A DNA stretch of 55,572 nt from Octopus bimaculoides (lineage: Eukaryota), in assembly GCF_001194135.2 (NCBI RefSeq), contig NC_068981.1, positions 64,011,678-64,067,249 of the forward strand. Reading direction: 5' to 3'. The notes under the pieces were generated by a model. The model worked only from the letters and a program-made list of their open reading frames with translations, was not told the origin of the DNA and did not search any database. A program made the translations under genes and the position numbers. How positions within the stretch are numbered: position 1 is the stretch's first letter; each line of letters opens with the position of its first letter. Positions 1 through 11,130 of this stretch are shown piece by piece.

Positions 1-17
1 ACAAACTCACACACACA

Positions 18-105
<88 letters not shown>
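1..105. repeat. (CA)n microsatellite
   Basis: Near-pure CA dinucleotide run. Confidence 0.95.
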
Positions 106-107
<2 letters not shown>

Positions 108-271
108 CGACGGGCTTCTTTCAGTTTCCGTCAACCAAATCCACTCACGAGGCTTTGGTCGACCTTAGGCTATAGGAGAAGACACTTACCCAAGGTGCCA
201 CGCAGTGGGACTGAAGTCGGAATCATGTGGTTGGTAAGCAAGCTACTTACCACACAATCACTTCTGCGCCT
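106..271 (-). mobile_element. tRNA-derived SINE family A/B, 5' half (tRNA head plus CORE-like domain)
   Basis: Minus strand reads AGGCGCAGAAGTGATTGTGTGGTAAG...TTCAGTCCCACTGCGTGGCACCTTGGGTAAGTGTC: A-box/B-box-like head plus CCTTGGG(C/T)AAGT CORE-like motif. Same sequence recurs at 4450, 10480, 17140, 29565 and 48986. Confidence 0.85.
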
Positions 272-419
272 ATATATATCTATATGTATGTATGTATGTA
301 TGTATGTATACAAAGGGAAAGAGAGGAAGGAAGAAAGAAAAAGAGAGAGTTGAGTTAAGTAAAATTACATGAAAGTTTACTGAATGGATGGGTATAACAC
401 ATTCCTTCATTTATAGCTA

Positions 420-838
420 TTATAGATAATAACGATGATGATGAAAACGATGGTGATATCGAATGCGACGAGAAGGTGGAAGATGGTGGCTAAGATGATT
501 TCGAGCGCAAAGATGGCAACGTTGGTGATGATAATGTCGACGTTAGCTACGACGGTATCAAGTATTGCAATTCGCAGAAATGAAATATGATGAGGAAAAT
601 AATTATCATTGTTGTTATTATTATAAAGGTGACGATAGAAACGGTTGAGATTGTTCATTATAAAGAAAGTGATGGCGCTAATAGGAATATGGAACAGCCA
701 GAGGCTGGGAAATCATCGCGATGATGATGAAGATGGAAAGATAACTGATGAAAATTATAATGTATATAATTACGACGATGACGATAATGATGATGATGAT
801 GGTGATGATGATGGTGGTGGTGGTGGTGGTGGTGATGA

Positions 839-872
<34 letters not shown>

Positions 873-915
873 GATGATGATGATGATATGATGATGACGA
901 TGACGACGATGATGA
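420..915. repeat. Degenerate (GAT)n/(GGT)n trinucleotide region
   Basis: GATGAT/GGTGGT runs; source of the spurious poly-D/G ORF 645..974. Confidence 0.85.
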
Positions 916-1708
916 TATGTGAGCTCAGATGTTGGAATCCTAAGAAGTTTCAGAAGATATTACAGCTCGTCTAAGAGCTACGTGCCGGTTCTTGCACAGT
1001 GTTTTTCATTTACCATTTTCACTTGATCCTCTGCTAAACAGCGCCTACTTTGTTATCATTGCCAGCATCACCTACACTGCTATCACCAACATCACTCCCA
1101 GCATTGCCGACACAAACACTACCATATTTCTTATAATGACAATGGATCGAGCATAGGGAAGCGGAGAACAACATCAGACATGGTAGCAGCTAATATATTA
1201 GTGACTGAGTTAGGGTGCATGGCTGTGTGTATGTCTGCGTGTGTGTGTTTGAGTGTGAGTGTGTGTATGTATATACGTATGTATGTATATATATATATAT
1301 AAATATATATACTCACAAAAATTTATATACGAGCTTACATGTCTTTATATATGCATGTAAATTATCAATGTATATTCGTATGTAGAGACGTATGAAATAG
1401 ACAGATCACATAAGGAGATAGATAGATAGATAGNNNNNNNNNNNNNNNNNNNNNNNNNNNNNNNNNNNNNNNNNNNNNNNNNNNNNNNNNNNNNNNNNNN
1501 NNNNNNNNNNNNNNNNNNNNNNNNNNNNNNNNNNNNNNNNNNNNNNATATATAAATGAATACTGTGTTTATATGAGTGTATATATATATATATAAATATA
1601 TATACTCACAAAAATTTATATACGAGCTTACATGTCTTTATATATGCATGTAAATTATCAATGTATATTCGTATGTAGAGACGTATGAAATAGACAGATC
1701 ACATAAGG

Positions 1709-1742
<34 letters not shown>

Positions 1743-2280
1743 GGAGAGAGAGGGGGAAAGAGAGAGAGAGAGGGGGGGAAAGCGGAACTTATATATATAT
1801 ATATATATATGCGTGCAAGATATTTATGTATATGTGTGTATGAGTGTAAGTGTGTGTGTGTGTGTGTGTAGGAAATATAAGGAGGAGAAAGGAAAGAACT
1901 AAAGAAGTGAGATCCGTAAATGGGGATTATCTGGAGGAACACAGATTTACAGATAGGAAGAGAAAACAGAAAAATAGAAAGGAAGAGGGGGAGAAAGAGC
2001 GAGAGGGAGAGGGTGAGAGAGAGAGAGAAAGAGAAAGAAAGAGAGGAGGGCAAAAAGAGAGACAGAGAGAAAGCGAGAGAGGCGGAGACTGAGATGGAAG
2101 GCTAGATTAAGACAGTGACAGAGGGAGACATGAAATGATGGTGGTTATTTAGAGAGAAATATATATCTGGATTGGATTTTGAAAATTTGAAAGGAAATAA
2201 ATATCGGAATGGATGAAAAGAGTGCAAATACATTAGAGGTAGATATATAGCTGATTAGATAGATACAAAGGTGTACAGAT

Positions 2281-2313
<33 letters not shown>

Positions 2314-2354
2314 GATGCAAAATAGATTGGTAAAGTGTGGGAGAAATATAGGAT

Positions 2355-2399
<45 letters not shown>

Positions 2400-3158
2400 G
2401 TGAGAGAGACAGGGGGATGCAGGATGAAGCAATGATAGAGGGGTAACTGAGAGATAGACAGTAGAGATTCAAAGAATGGATGAAAGTGATTTAAAATTAC
2501 GATGAAAGAGTAGAGAAAATAGCAGGAAAAAATGGATAAAGAGAAAAGGTGAAAAAGTAAAAAAAAAAACACGTCGAAAGAAGGAAAGTGAAAGTGAAAG
2601 TGAAAGTGAAGGTTGTTGTTACTGTTGTTGTACGGTGCTGGTGGTGGTAGTGGTGGTGGTGGTGGTGTAATGGAGAGAAAACACTGGTGGCAGTGGTGGT
2701 GGATGAAAGTGGGATATTGGTGGAATCTTGTATATATGGGAATAAGATGCGACAGCATGGCGCTAAAAGTCACACACGAGTTGTGAAAAGTATTATTCAC
2801 GTAGAAGAAGCTGTCATATTTCCTAGGCCGCTTAAGTTAAATAAAAATAAAAGCAAATAACAACAGCCCACAAAGTACAATATAACTTATGTACTCAGGA
2901 AAAATCCGTTCGTATTTCTTCGAATAAGCAAACATCCAAGTATTCATAGTCATCTGAATAGCATATATCGCAAACATACATACATACATGCATACATACA
3001 CACACACACAAATATATATATATATATGTGTATATATATATATATATACACTTGCGCAAAGGTACATACCTTTATACACAGGCGCTTGCTTTTACACGTT
3101 TACTCGTAGTTGCCATAAGAAACACACAATTTCTCTCTTTCATAAACGTGCGCGTGCG

Positions 3159-3271
<113 letters not shown>

Positions 3272-3663
3272 GCTGTCTTTCTGTGTCTCTCTCGATCTCT
3301 ATCTCTATCTCACATAGAAATACTGAGGAGGCCAGAGAAACACAGACAAGGAATATAGACAGGCATACGTCCTCTTTACCCACATTTATAATAAGTAGAA
3401 TGCATTATGTACTAACGACATTCGAACAATTCTCCATTTTCACAGACAGCAGTTAAACTGTAGAAAAAAGCTTACAATATATAGCCTTTACAAGACACTC
3501 ACGAATATAAAGCACATACATGTCTGTAAAGTATGCTGTACAAGAAACCCAAATAGATGCATATGTAGTAGATAAAAAGATGCGTTTCGGCAAACATTCA
3601 TATCTACGTTAGCACACAACTACATGCGCGCGCAATTACATACGAAGAAATATGTATTCTTTA

Positions 3664-3834
3664 TACTTCTATTCTCTAACTTGGTTCAGTCATTTGACAG
3701 CGATCATGCTGGAGCACCACCTTGAAGGGTATTTTGTATAACCGATGTTTTACGGGGACGTAAACAGACTAACACAGCTTGACAAGCGCTGATGTGGTGA
3801 TGGTGGTGGCGGTGGGGACAAACATAGATACAAA
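3664..3834 (-). mobile_element. SINE family A/B, 3' half (probably one insertion with the 5' half at 4450-4576)
   Basis: TTCAGTCATTTGAC..CATGCTGGAGCACC..TTACGGGGACGTAAAC..GGGGACAAAC is shared with copies at 10169, 16920 and 29368. Confidence 0.8.
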
Positions 3835-3929
3835 ATTACTTACATAGAGATATATTCATACATGTATATACATAATAATAAGTATAGCTATATATGTGTC
3901 TATATATATATGCATATATGGCTACAGGA

Positions 3930-4292
3930 GTGGAGGCGCAATGGCCCAGTGGTTAGGGCAGCGGACTCGCGGTCATAGGATCGCGGTTTCGATTCCCAGA
4001 CCGGGCGTTGTGAGTGTTTATTGAGCGAAAACACCTAAAGCTCCGGCAGGGGATGGTGGCGAACCCTGCTGTACTCTTTCACCACAACTTTCTCTCACTC
4101 TTACTTCCTGTTTCTGTTGTGCCTGTAATTCAAAGGGTCACACTGTGTCACGCTGAATAACCCCGAGAACTACGTTAAGGGTACACGTGTATGTGGAGTG
4201 CTCAGCCACTTGCACGTTAATTTCACGAACTGGCTGTTCCGTTGATCGGATCAACTGGAACCCTCGACGTCGTAAGCGACGGAGTGCCAACA
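3930..4292 (+). mobile_element. Full-length tRNA-derived SINE (family C), 363 bp, with perfect 12-bp TSD
   Basis: A-box TGGCCCAGTGG, B-box GGTTTCGATTCC, D-arm GCCC/GGGC; TSD ATGGCTACAGGA at 3918-3929 and 4293-4304. Confidence 0.92.
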
Positions 4293-4304
4293 ATGGCTAC
4301 AGGA

Positions 4305-4449
4305 CGTCACCACCTGTGCAAGCAACATGAAATACGTAAACAAACAAGTTAAATACGAAAATAACGAGAGAACAAAAATGGTAAACAGGACAAGTAAACG
4401 CAGAAAAAGGACTCTTCATCAGCTGTCGGCTGTATATCTACTCCTCATA
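4305..4449. mobile_element. Repeat family D (pLTR-like non-coding module), split from 3911-3929 by the family C SINE
   Basis: ...ACAGGACGTCACC...AACATGAAATAC...CTTCATCAG matches the uninterrupted copy at 34560-34730. Confidence 0.75.
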
Positions 4450-4576
4450 TACGACAGACCTCTTTCCGTCTTCGAAAGGCTTTGGTCATTCGTCGTGGCT
4501 ATAGTAGAAGGCACTTACCTAAAGTGCCACACAGTGGGACTGAAGCCAGAATCATGTGTTTGGGAAGCAACAAAGC
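4450..4576 (-). mobile_element. SINE family A/B, 5' half (degenerate)
   Basis: GGCTTTGGTC..GCTATAGTAGAAGGCACTTACCTAAAGTGCCACACAGTGGGACTGAA aligns to the 29565-29727 copy. Confidence 0.8.
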
Positions 4577-4671
4577 ATGCATACAGTCATATTATACATA
4601 AATATATATATATAAGTGTGTGCGTGTGTGTATTATGTGTGTGTATGTGTGCGTTTGTGTGTCTTTTATTT

Positions 4672-5045
4672 TTTAGTCTTTTACTTATTTCAATAATCAG
4701 ACTCCTGTCATGCTGGGGCACTGTCTTGAAGAATTTTGTTTTAATCGAGAATCGACCCAACTATATTTTCCTTGTTTATAAGCCAGGTAAATTTCTATTA
4801 GTCGTTTTTGCGGAACCACAAAGTTATGGGGAAGTAAACACACCAACATAGGTTGTCAAGCAGCGGTGGGGGACAAATAGACATAAAAACATACATACAT
4901 ACAAACATACATACATACATACATACATACATACATACACACATGCATATATATATATATAAATACATACACACACACATATACATACATAAATATACAC
5001 ACATATATATACACATATATATATATATATATATACATATATGTA

Positions 5046-5104
<59 letters not shown>

Positions 5105-5434
5105 GTGGGAAAAAAAGAGTGTTTCTTCTATAAGCTTCGGGCATAGTTCCTCGTCAGAACGAGGAAAAAGGAAACGTCCAGGTAAAGCACATGTGAAATT
5201 TCATGACGGAAATGACACGTATATAAATAAAAATATAAATATATATGCGTGTGTGTGTTTGTTTGTATACACATATATACGTACGTACATACGTACATAC
5301 ATACATACATGCATACATACATACATACATACATGCATACATACATACATACATACATGCATACATACATACATACATATATGCGATGGGCATATTTCAG
5401 TTTCTGTCCACAAAATCCACTCACGCCTGCGCCT
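4672..5434 (-). mobile_element. SINE family A/B: 3' half 4672-4890, expanded internal microsatellite with an inserted pLTR-like fragment (about 5100-5230), internally deleted 5' half 5382-5434
   Basis: Both halves are recognisable and co-oriented. The 5' half is fused (CCACTCACGCCTGCGCCT) relative to the full copy at 29565-29727. Confidence 0.65.
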
Positions 5435-5448
5435 ATGTATATACGCAT

Positions 5449-5563
<115 letters not shown>

Positions 5564-6534
5564 TTTAATTAGGGTAATGTGAAGTTGAAGTCTTACAGCC
5601 GTTTCTGGGATAATCAAGGTTATTCCAGAAATCATTTACCCGAATTAAATTATCCGAAATGACTCGACATACTCGTTCTGCCTTGGTTTTGATTTTTCTT
5701 CTGATATAATATATACCTGCTATAACGGAACCCTAATACGGCTCCCTAGATCCAGCCTTAGCTGTTATCTTGGAACCTATTCGTTTAGATCACCACCATT
5801 ACACCACCACCACCACCACTACCACCACCAGCACCGTACAACAACAGTAACAACAATGATATATATATATATATATATAATATGTATGTATAGGTGTATG
5901 TATATATCTATACATTCACACCCACACATATGTATATGAGTATAGGTAAACGAGTATGAGTGTGTGTTCATGCGCGCGTGTGCTTGTACATGCTTGTGTG
6001 TTAAAGAGAAAGCTTTCTGTACTCTGTGCGTGTAGCACCAACGGAAAGGAACTCGATCCTGATATAGAGATTTTTATATAATTCCAGACAGCATTGAAGA
6101 GTATAGAATTTCTGGGTGTACATATGCAAGTCAGGTTTTATTTATTTATCTTCTTTTTTATTATTTTTTGATGACTCTAAAGAATCGTAGGGTGACTGTG
6201 GTCGTTTTAGAACGTGATGCATAATTAGATTTTCGGAGGTTGAAATTATTTTCGTGGAGATTTGCTAATTTCACAAATATCGCAAGCTATGGATATTTAT
6301 GGTCCTTGTATTTCTGGTAATGTTTTGTCAATCACATGTTCATACGGCGGTGCATCAGCATAGCCGCAACTCTGAGCTGAAACTAGAGGAGAAAATAAAT
6401 GCAATATACATGTATATATATGCGTGTGTATGGGTGAAATATATATATTCGTACATATGTATTTATCTAATATATATATATACATATACTCACACATGCA
6501 CACACACTCACACATATGTATATAGTAATATATA

Positions 6535-6752
6535 ATAATCCTTTGTACAAAAGCAGAAGGCCTGGAAATTTAGGGGAGGCGGCCAGTCGATTACATCATC
6601 CCCAGTGTATAACTGGTACTTAATTTATCGACCCCGAAAGGATAAAAGGTAAAGTAAACATCGGCGGAATTTGAACTCAGAATGTGAAGATGGAGAAAAT
6701 ACCTCTAAGCAGTTTTTCCGACACGGTAACGACTCTACCAGCTCGCTGCCTT
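6535..6752 (-). mobile_element. tRNA-derived SINE family E
   Basis: Minus strand AAGGCAGCGAGCTGGTAGAGTCGTTACCG...TTCTGAGTTCAAATTCCGCCG (B-box)...CTTTCGGGGTCGATAAATTAAGTACCAG. Confidence 0.85.
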
Positions 6753-6765
6753 TATATGATATATG

Positions 6766-6983
6766 ATAATCCTTTCTAATATAGGCACAAACCCTGAAAA
6801 TTGGGGGAGGGGGATAGTCGATTACATCGACCCCAGTACTGATTTGGTGCTTATGTAATCGATCCCGAAAGGATGAAAGGCAAAATCGACCTCGGAGGAA
6901 TATGAACCCGGAACGTAGCGACAGGCGAAATACCGCTAAGCATTTCGCCAGTCGTACTAACGATTCTGCCAGATCGCCGCCTT
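6766..6983 (-). mobile_element. tRNA-derived SINE family E
   Basis: Second copy directly adjacent, same orientation; AAGGCGGCGATCTGGCAGAATCGTTAG head. Confidence 0.85.
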
Positions 6984-7918
6984 AATATATATTATATAAT
7001 AACGATGTCACTATGTGCGATGTTCTCTAACACTCTCACCATCATCAGTATGTCACCTTTGTCCCCAATAACATCACCTACCACCCATCACAACCATTTC
7101 CGCCACCACCACCACCACCACCTCCACCACCATTCTCATCAGCATCATGAAGTTTATTCCTCCGCCCTCTATCTTACCTTCTATTTCCAAATTTAACATC
7201 GCCGCCCTCTTTTATACAAACATCGTTTCCACCACCATCAGGACAATATCCTATGACAGCTACGACGGCGACGACGACGACCACGACCACGACCACCACT
7301 ACGACCACCACTATCACCATAACCACCACCNNNNNNNNNNNNNNNNNNNNNNNNNNNNNNNNNNNNNNNNNNNNNNNNNNNNNNNNNNNNNNNNNNNNNN
7401 NNNNNNNNNNNNNNNNNNNNNNNNNNNNNNNNNNNNNNNNNNNNNNNNNNNNNNNNNNNNNNNNNNNNNNNNNNNNNNNNNNNNNNNNNNNNNNNNNNNN
7501 NNNNNNNNNNNNNNNNNNNNNNNNNNNNNNNNNNNNNNNNNNNNNNNNNNNNNNNNNNNNNNNNNNNNNNNNNNNNNNNNNNNNNNNNNNNNNNNNNNNN
7601 NNNNNNNNNNNNNNNNNNNNNNNNNNNNNNNNNNNNNNNNNNNNNNNNNNNNNNNNNNNNNNNNNNNNNNNNNNNNNNNNNNNNNNNNNNNNNNNNNNNN
7701 NNNNNNNNNNNNNNNNNNNNNNNNNNNNNNNNNNNNNNNNNNNNNNNNNNNNNNNNNNNNNNNNNNNNNNNNNNNNNNNNNNNNNNNNNNNNNNNNNNNN
7801 NNNNNNNNNNNNNNNNNNNNNNNNNNNNNNNNNNNNNNNNNNNNNNNNNNNNNNNNNNNNNNNNNNNNNNNNNNNNNNNNNNNNNNNNNNNNNNNNNNNN
7901 NNNNNNNNNNNNNNNNNN

Positions 7919-7955
<37 letters not shown>

Positions 7956-8013
7956 CGCGTATATATATATATATATATATCTTACGCGTATATGAGTATC
8001 TTGGTAGATAGAT

Positions 8014-8288
8014 ATGTTCTGCTGTCTTGTCTCATTCATTTTATTAGTTTTATATAACATTCTCTTTCTGCCTCTATCATTCTCTCTCTCTCTCTCTCTC
8101 ACTCTCTCTCTCTCTCTCTCTCTATTTCTTTTTCTCTTTTCTTCTTCCTCTCAGCCTACTCCAGCTCTACTATCATTCGCTCTTCCATTTCTCACATACC
8201 CTTCATTCCTTTTTCTCTCTCTATTCTTCTCTCACTTTCTCTCTTTCTCTCTCTTTCTTCTTTACATATCTTCCCCCTCACCACCATC

Positions 8289-8345
<57 letters not shown>

Positions 8346-8783
8346 AATTCCTCATCTTTCTACGTATATATACGCATATACCAAATCATGCAATCTTTTG
8401 ATTCTGCGTTACTTTTGCCGCTCTCCCATATCTGGCTCTCTCTCCCTTCTCTCTCCCCCTCTCTCTCTAATTACATGTTCTCTAAAGCATCCTCAACACA
8501 CTTCCTTTCAGTCTTTCTTTCCCTCTCACTTTCTCTTTGTCTGTTTCTCTGTCTGTCTTTCTTTCTTTCTCTCTTAACCATTAACACAATCTGTCAGTCT
8601 TTCTAATCTGCCTCTATTCCTCTTGCTCTTCCTACACCTTCCACAATTACCTTATCTCCTCCTACTTTCCCTCCTTATTTTCTTCTCTATCAACCATTCT
8701 CTCTAACATTTCATCCTGCTCTATCTCCCAACAACTTTCATAAACTCTCCTCTCTCTCTCTTAATCTCTCTCTCTCTCTCTCT

Positions 8784-8824
<41 letters not shown>

Positions 8825-8839
8825 TCTCTCTCTCTCTCT
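8014..8839. repeat. Pyrimidine-rich (CT)n low-complexity tract, ending in TTAA(TC)n minisatellite units
   Basis: CT runs; three TTAATCTCTC... units at 8761-8839. Confidence 0.85.
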
Positions 8840-9548
8840 NNNNNNNNNNNNNNNNNNNNNNNNNNNNNNNNNNNNNNNNNNNNNNNNNNNNNNNNNNNNN
8901 NNNNNNNNNNNNNNNNNNNNNNNNNNNNNNNNNNNNNNNNNNNNNNNNNNNNNNNNNNNNNNNNNNNNNNNNNNNNNNNNNNNNNNNNNNNNNNNNNNNN
9001 NNNNNNNNNNNNNNNNNNNNNNNNNNNNNNNNNNNNNNNNNNNNNNNNNNNNNNNNNNNNNNNNNNNNNNNNNNNNNNNNNNNNNNNNNNNNNNNNNNNN
9101 NNNNNNNNNNNNNNNNNNNNNNNNNNNNNNNNNNNNNNNNNNNNNNNNNNNNNNNNNNNNNNNNNNNNNNNNNNNNNNNNNNNNNNNNNNNNNNNNNNNN
9201 NNNNNNNNNNNNNNNNNNNNNNNNNNNNNNNNNNNNNNNNNNNNNNNNNNNNNNNNNNNNNNNNNNNNNNNNNNNNNNNNNNNNNNNNNNNNNNNNNNNN
9301 NNNNNNNNNNNNNNNNNNNNNNNNNNNNNNNNNNNNNNNNNNNNNNNNNNNNNNNNNNNNNNNNNNNNNNNNNNNNNNNNNNNNNNNNNNNNNNNNNNNN
9401 NNNNNNNNNNNNNNNNNNNNNNNNNNNNNNNNNNNNNNNNNNNNNNNTTATCTCCGCCTCTCTCCCCTCTGTCTCCTCCTCTCTCTCCCTCTTTCTCACT
9501 CCCTCTGTTTGTTTCCCACCCTTTCTTCTCTCCCGTCTTTCTTTGACT

Positions 9549-9549
9549 T

Positions 9550-9596
<47 letters not shown>

Positions 9597-9641
9597 GTCT
9601 GTCTATCCAACTATCTATTTATCCATCCATCCATCCATCCA

Positions 9642-9681
<40 letters not shown>

Positions 9682-9710
9682 AATCGATCTATGCATCCAT
9701 CCATCCATCC

Positions 9711-9755
<45 letters not shown>

Positions 9756-9860
9756 CCTACCTACCTACCCACCCACCTACCTACCTACCTACCTACCTAC
9801 CTACCTACCTACCTACCTATCTACCTACCTAACTACTTACCTACATGCATACTTACATAC
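9549..9860. repeat. Compound microsatellite (ATCT)n(ATCC)n(CT)n(ACCT)n
   Basis: Directly visible. Confidence 0.95.
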
Positions 9861-10168
9861 ATACCCAGCCATCGATCTTCTCTCCACGTCTTTTCCTTGT
9901 TCATTGCTCAGTGATACATACATACATACAGACATACACCTAAACAACAAGCTCAGTTGTACACGCCCACTTTTACTACAGCAATAGCTGTTAGTTTACT
10001 CTTCATAATCAGAAATATACAAAACCACCTCATAAGACACTTTCTCACTTAGCTATGTATTGATTTTGAATTCGTAAATAAATATATTAATTTGATTCTT
10101 TCTTTATATATTTTATGTCTCTTTTTTTTTGTTTTGTGTATTACTGGTCTATGTCAACATATTTCACG

Positions 10169-10441
10169 CTCTTTTATGCTTTTAATTGTTTCCGTCATTT
10201 TGACTGCGGCGGCCATGCTGGAGCACCGCCTTGAAGGGTTTCAGTAGAACAAAATCGACCCCCGAGACTTATTTCTTAAGCCTAGTACTTATTCTATAGG
10301 TCTCTTTTTGCCGAGCCGCTAACTTGCGGGAATGTAGATACACCAATATTGGTTGTCAAACTATGATGGGGGTAGAAGCACCAAGAATACGCGCGCGCAC
10401 ACACATACACACACAAACACATGCACACACACATCCATGCT

Positions 10442-10472
<31 letters not shown>

Positions 10473-10618
10473 ACACCACTGGTTTCGTCCACCAACAAGG
10501 TTTTGGTCAGCTCGAGGTTATAGTAGAAGACAGTACCACAGAGTAACAAGTAGTGGGACTGAACCTGGAGCTATGTGGTTGGGAAACAAGCTTTTTCCAC
10601 ACAGTCACGCCTGCGTCT
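10169..10618 (-). mobile_element. Near full-length SINE family A/B with internal (CA)n microsatellite
   Basis: 3' tail/body 10169-10385, microsatellite, head 10480-10618. Confidence 0.85.
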
Positions 10619-10791
10619 ATTTTCTACCGTTCAATTCCTACTATTAACGTACGTACATACATACATACATACATACATGCATACATACACACATACATAC
10701 ATACATACATACATACATACATACAAATACACTTATATGAACATATAAGAACATATGTACATACATATATACTTATATACATGTATCATGC

Positions 10792-10948
10792 ATCTTTTAT
10801 CGTTTATCTTTTACATGTTTCAGTCATTTTACTGCGGCCATGCTGGAGCATCACCTTCAAGAATTTTTGTCGAACAAATCGGTCACAATCCTTATTTTTT
10901 TTTAAAGCCTGACACAACTAAGAAACGGATACGTAATCACACCAACAC
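10792..10948 (-). mobile_element. SINE family A/B, 3' fragment
   Basis: TTTCAGTCATTTTACTGCGGCCATGCTGGAGCATCACC. Confidence 0.8.
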
Positions 10949-10950
10949 AT

Positions 10951-11130
10951 TGGGCAAAATGCTTAGCTGCATTTCATCTGCCGCTACGTTCTGAGTTCAA
11001 ATTCCACCGAGGTCGACTTTGCTTTTCATCCTTTCGGGGTCAATAAAATAAGTACGAGTAGAACAGTAAGCTCGACATAATCGATTTACCTCTTCCTGGA
11101 AATTGCTAGCCTTGTGCCAAAATTTGAAAC
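10951..11130 (+). mobile_element. SINE family E, 5'-truncated
   Basis: CGTTCTGAGTTCAAATTCCACCGAGGTCGACTTTGCTTTTCATCCTTTCGGGGTC...GCCTTGTGCCAAAATTTGAAAC. Confidence 0.85.

Noticed and set aside
1284-1726. Exact direct duplication of about 150 bp (1284-1433 and 1577-1726)
   Set aside because: The two identical copies flank an N gap and start and end in microsatellites, so this is most likely an unmerged contig overlap or haplotype artefact; long reads are needed.
3930-4005. tRNA gene
   Set aside because: The D-arm and A/B boxes are present, but the anticodon and acceptor stems do not pair, and the sequence continues into a SINE body bounded by a TSD.
5588-5631. Hammerhead 3' half (GAAAC-GGCU-GUA on the minus strand) and a 12-bp hairpin
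   Set aside because: No CUGANGA upstream; at most a truncated relic.
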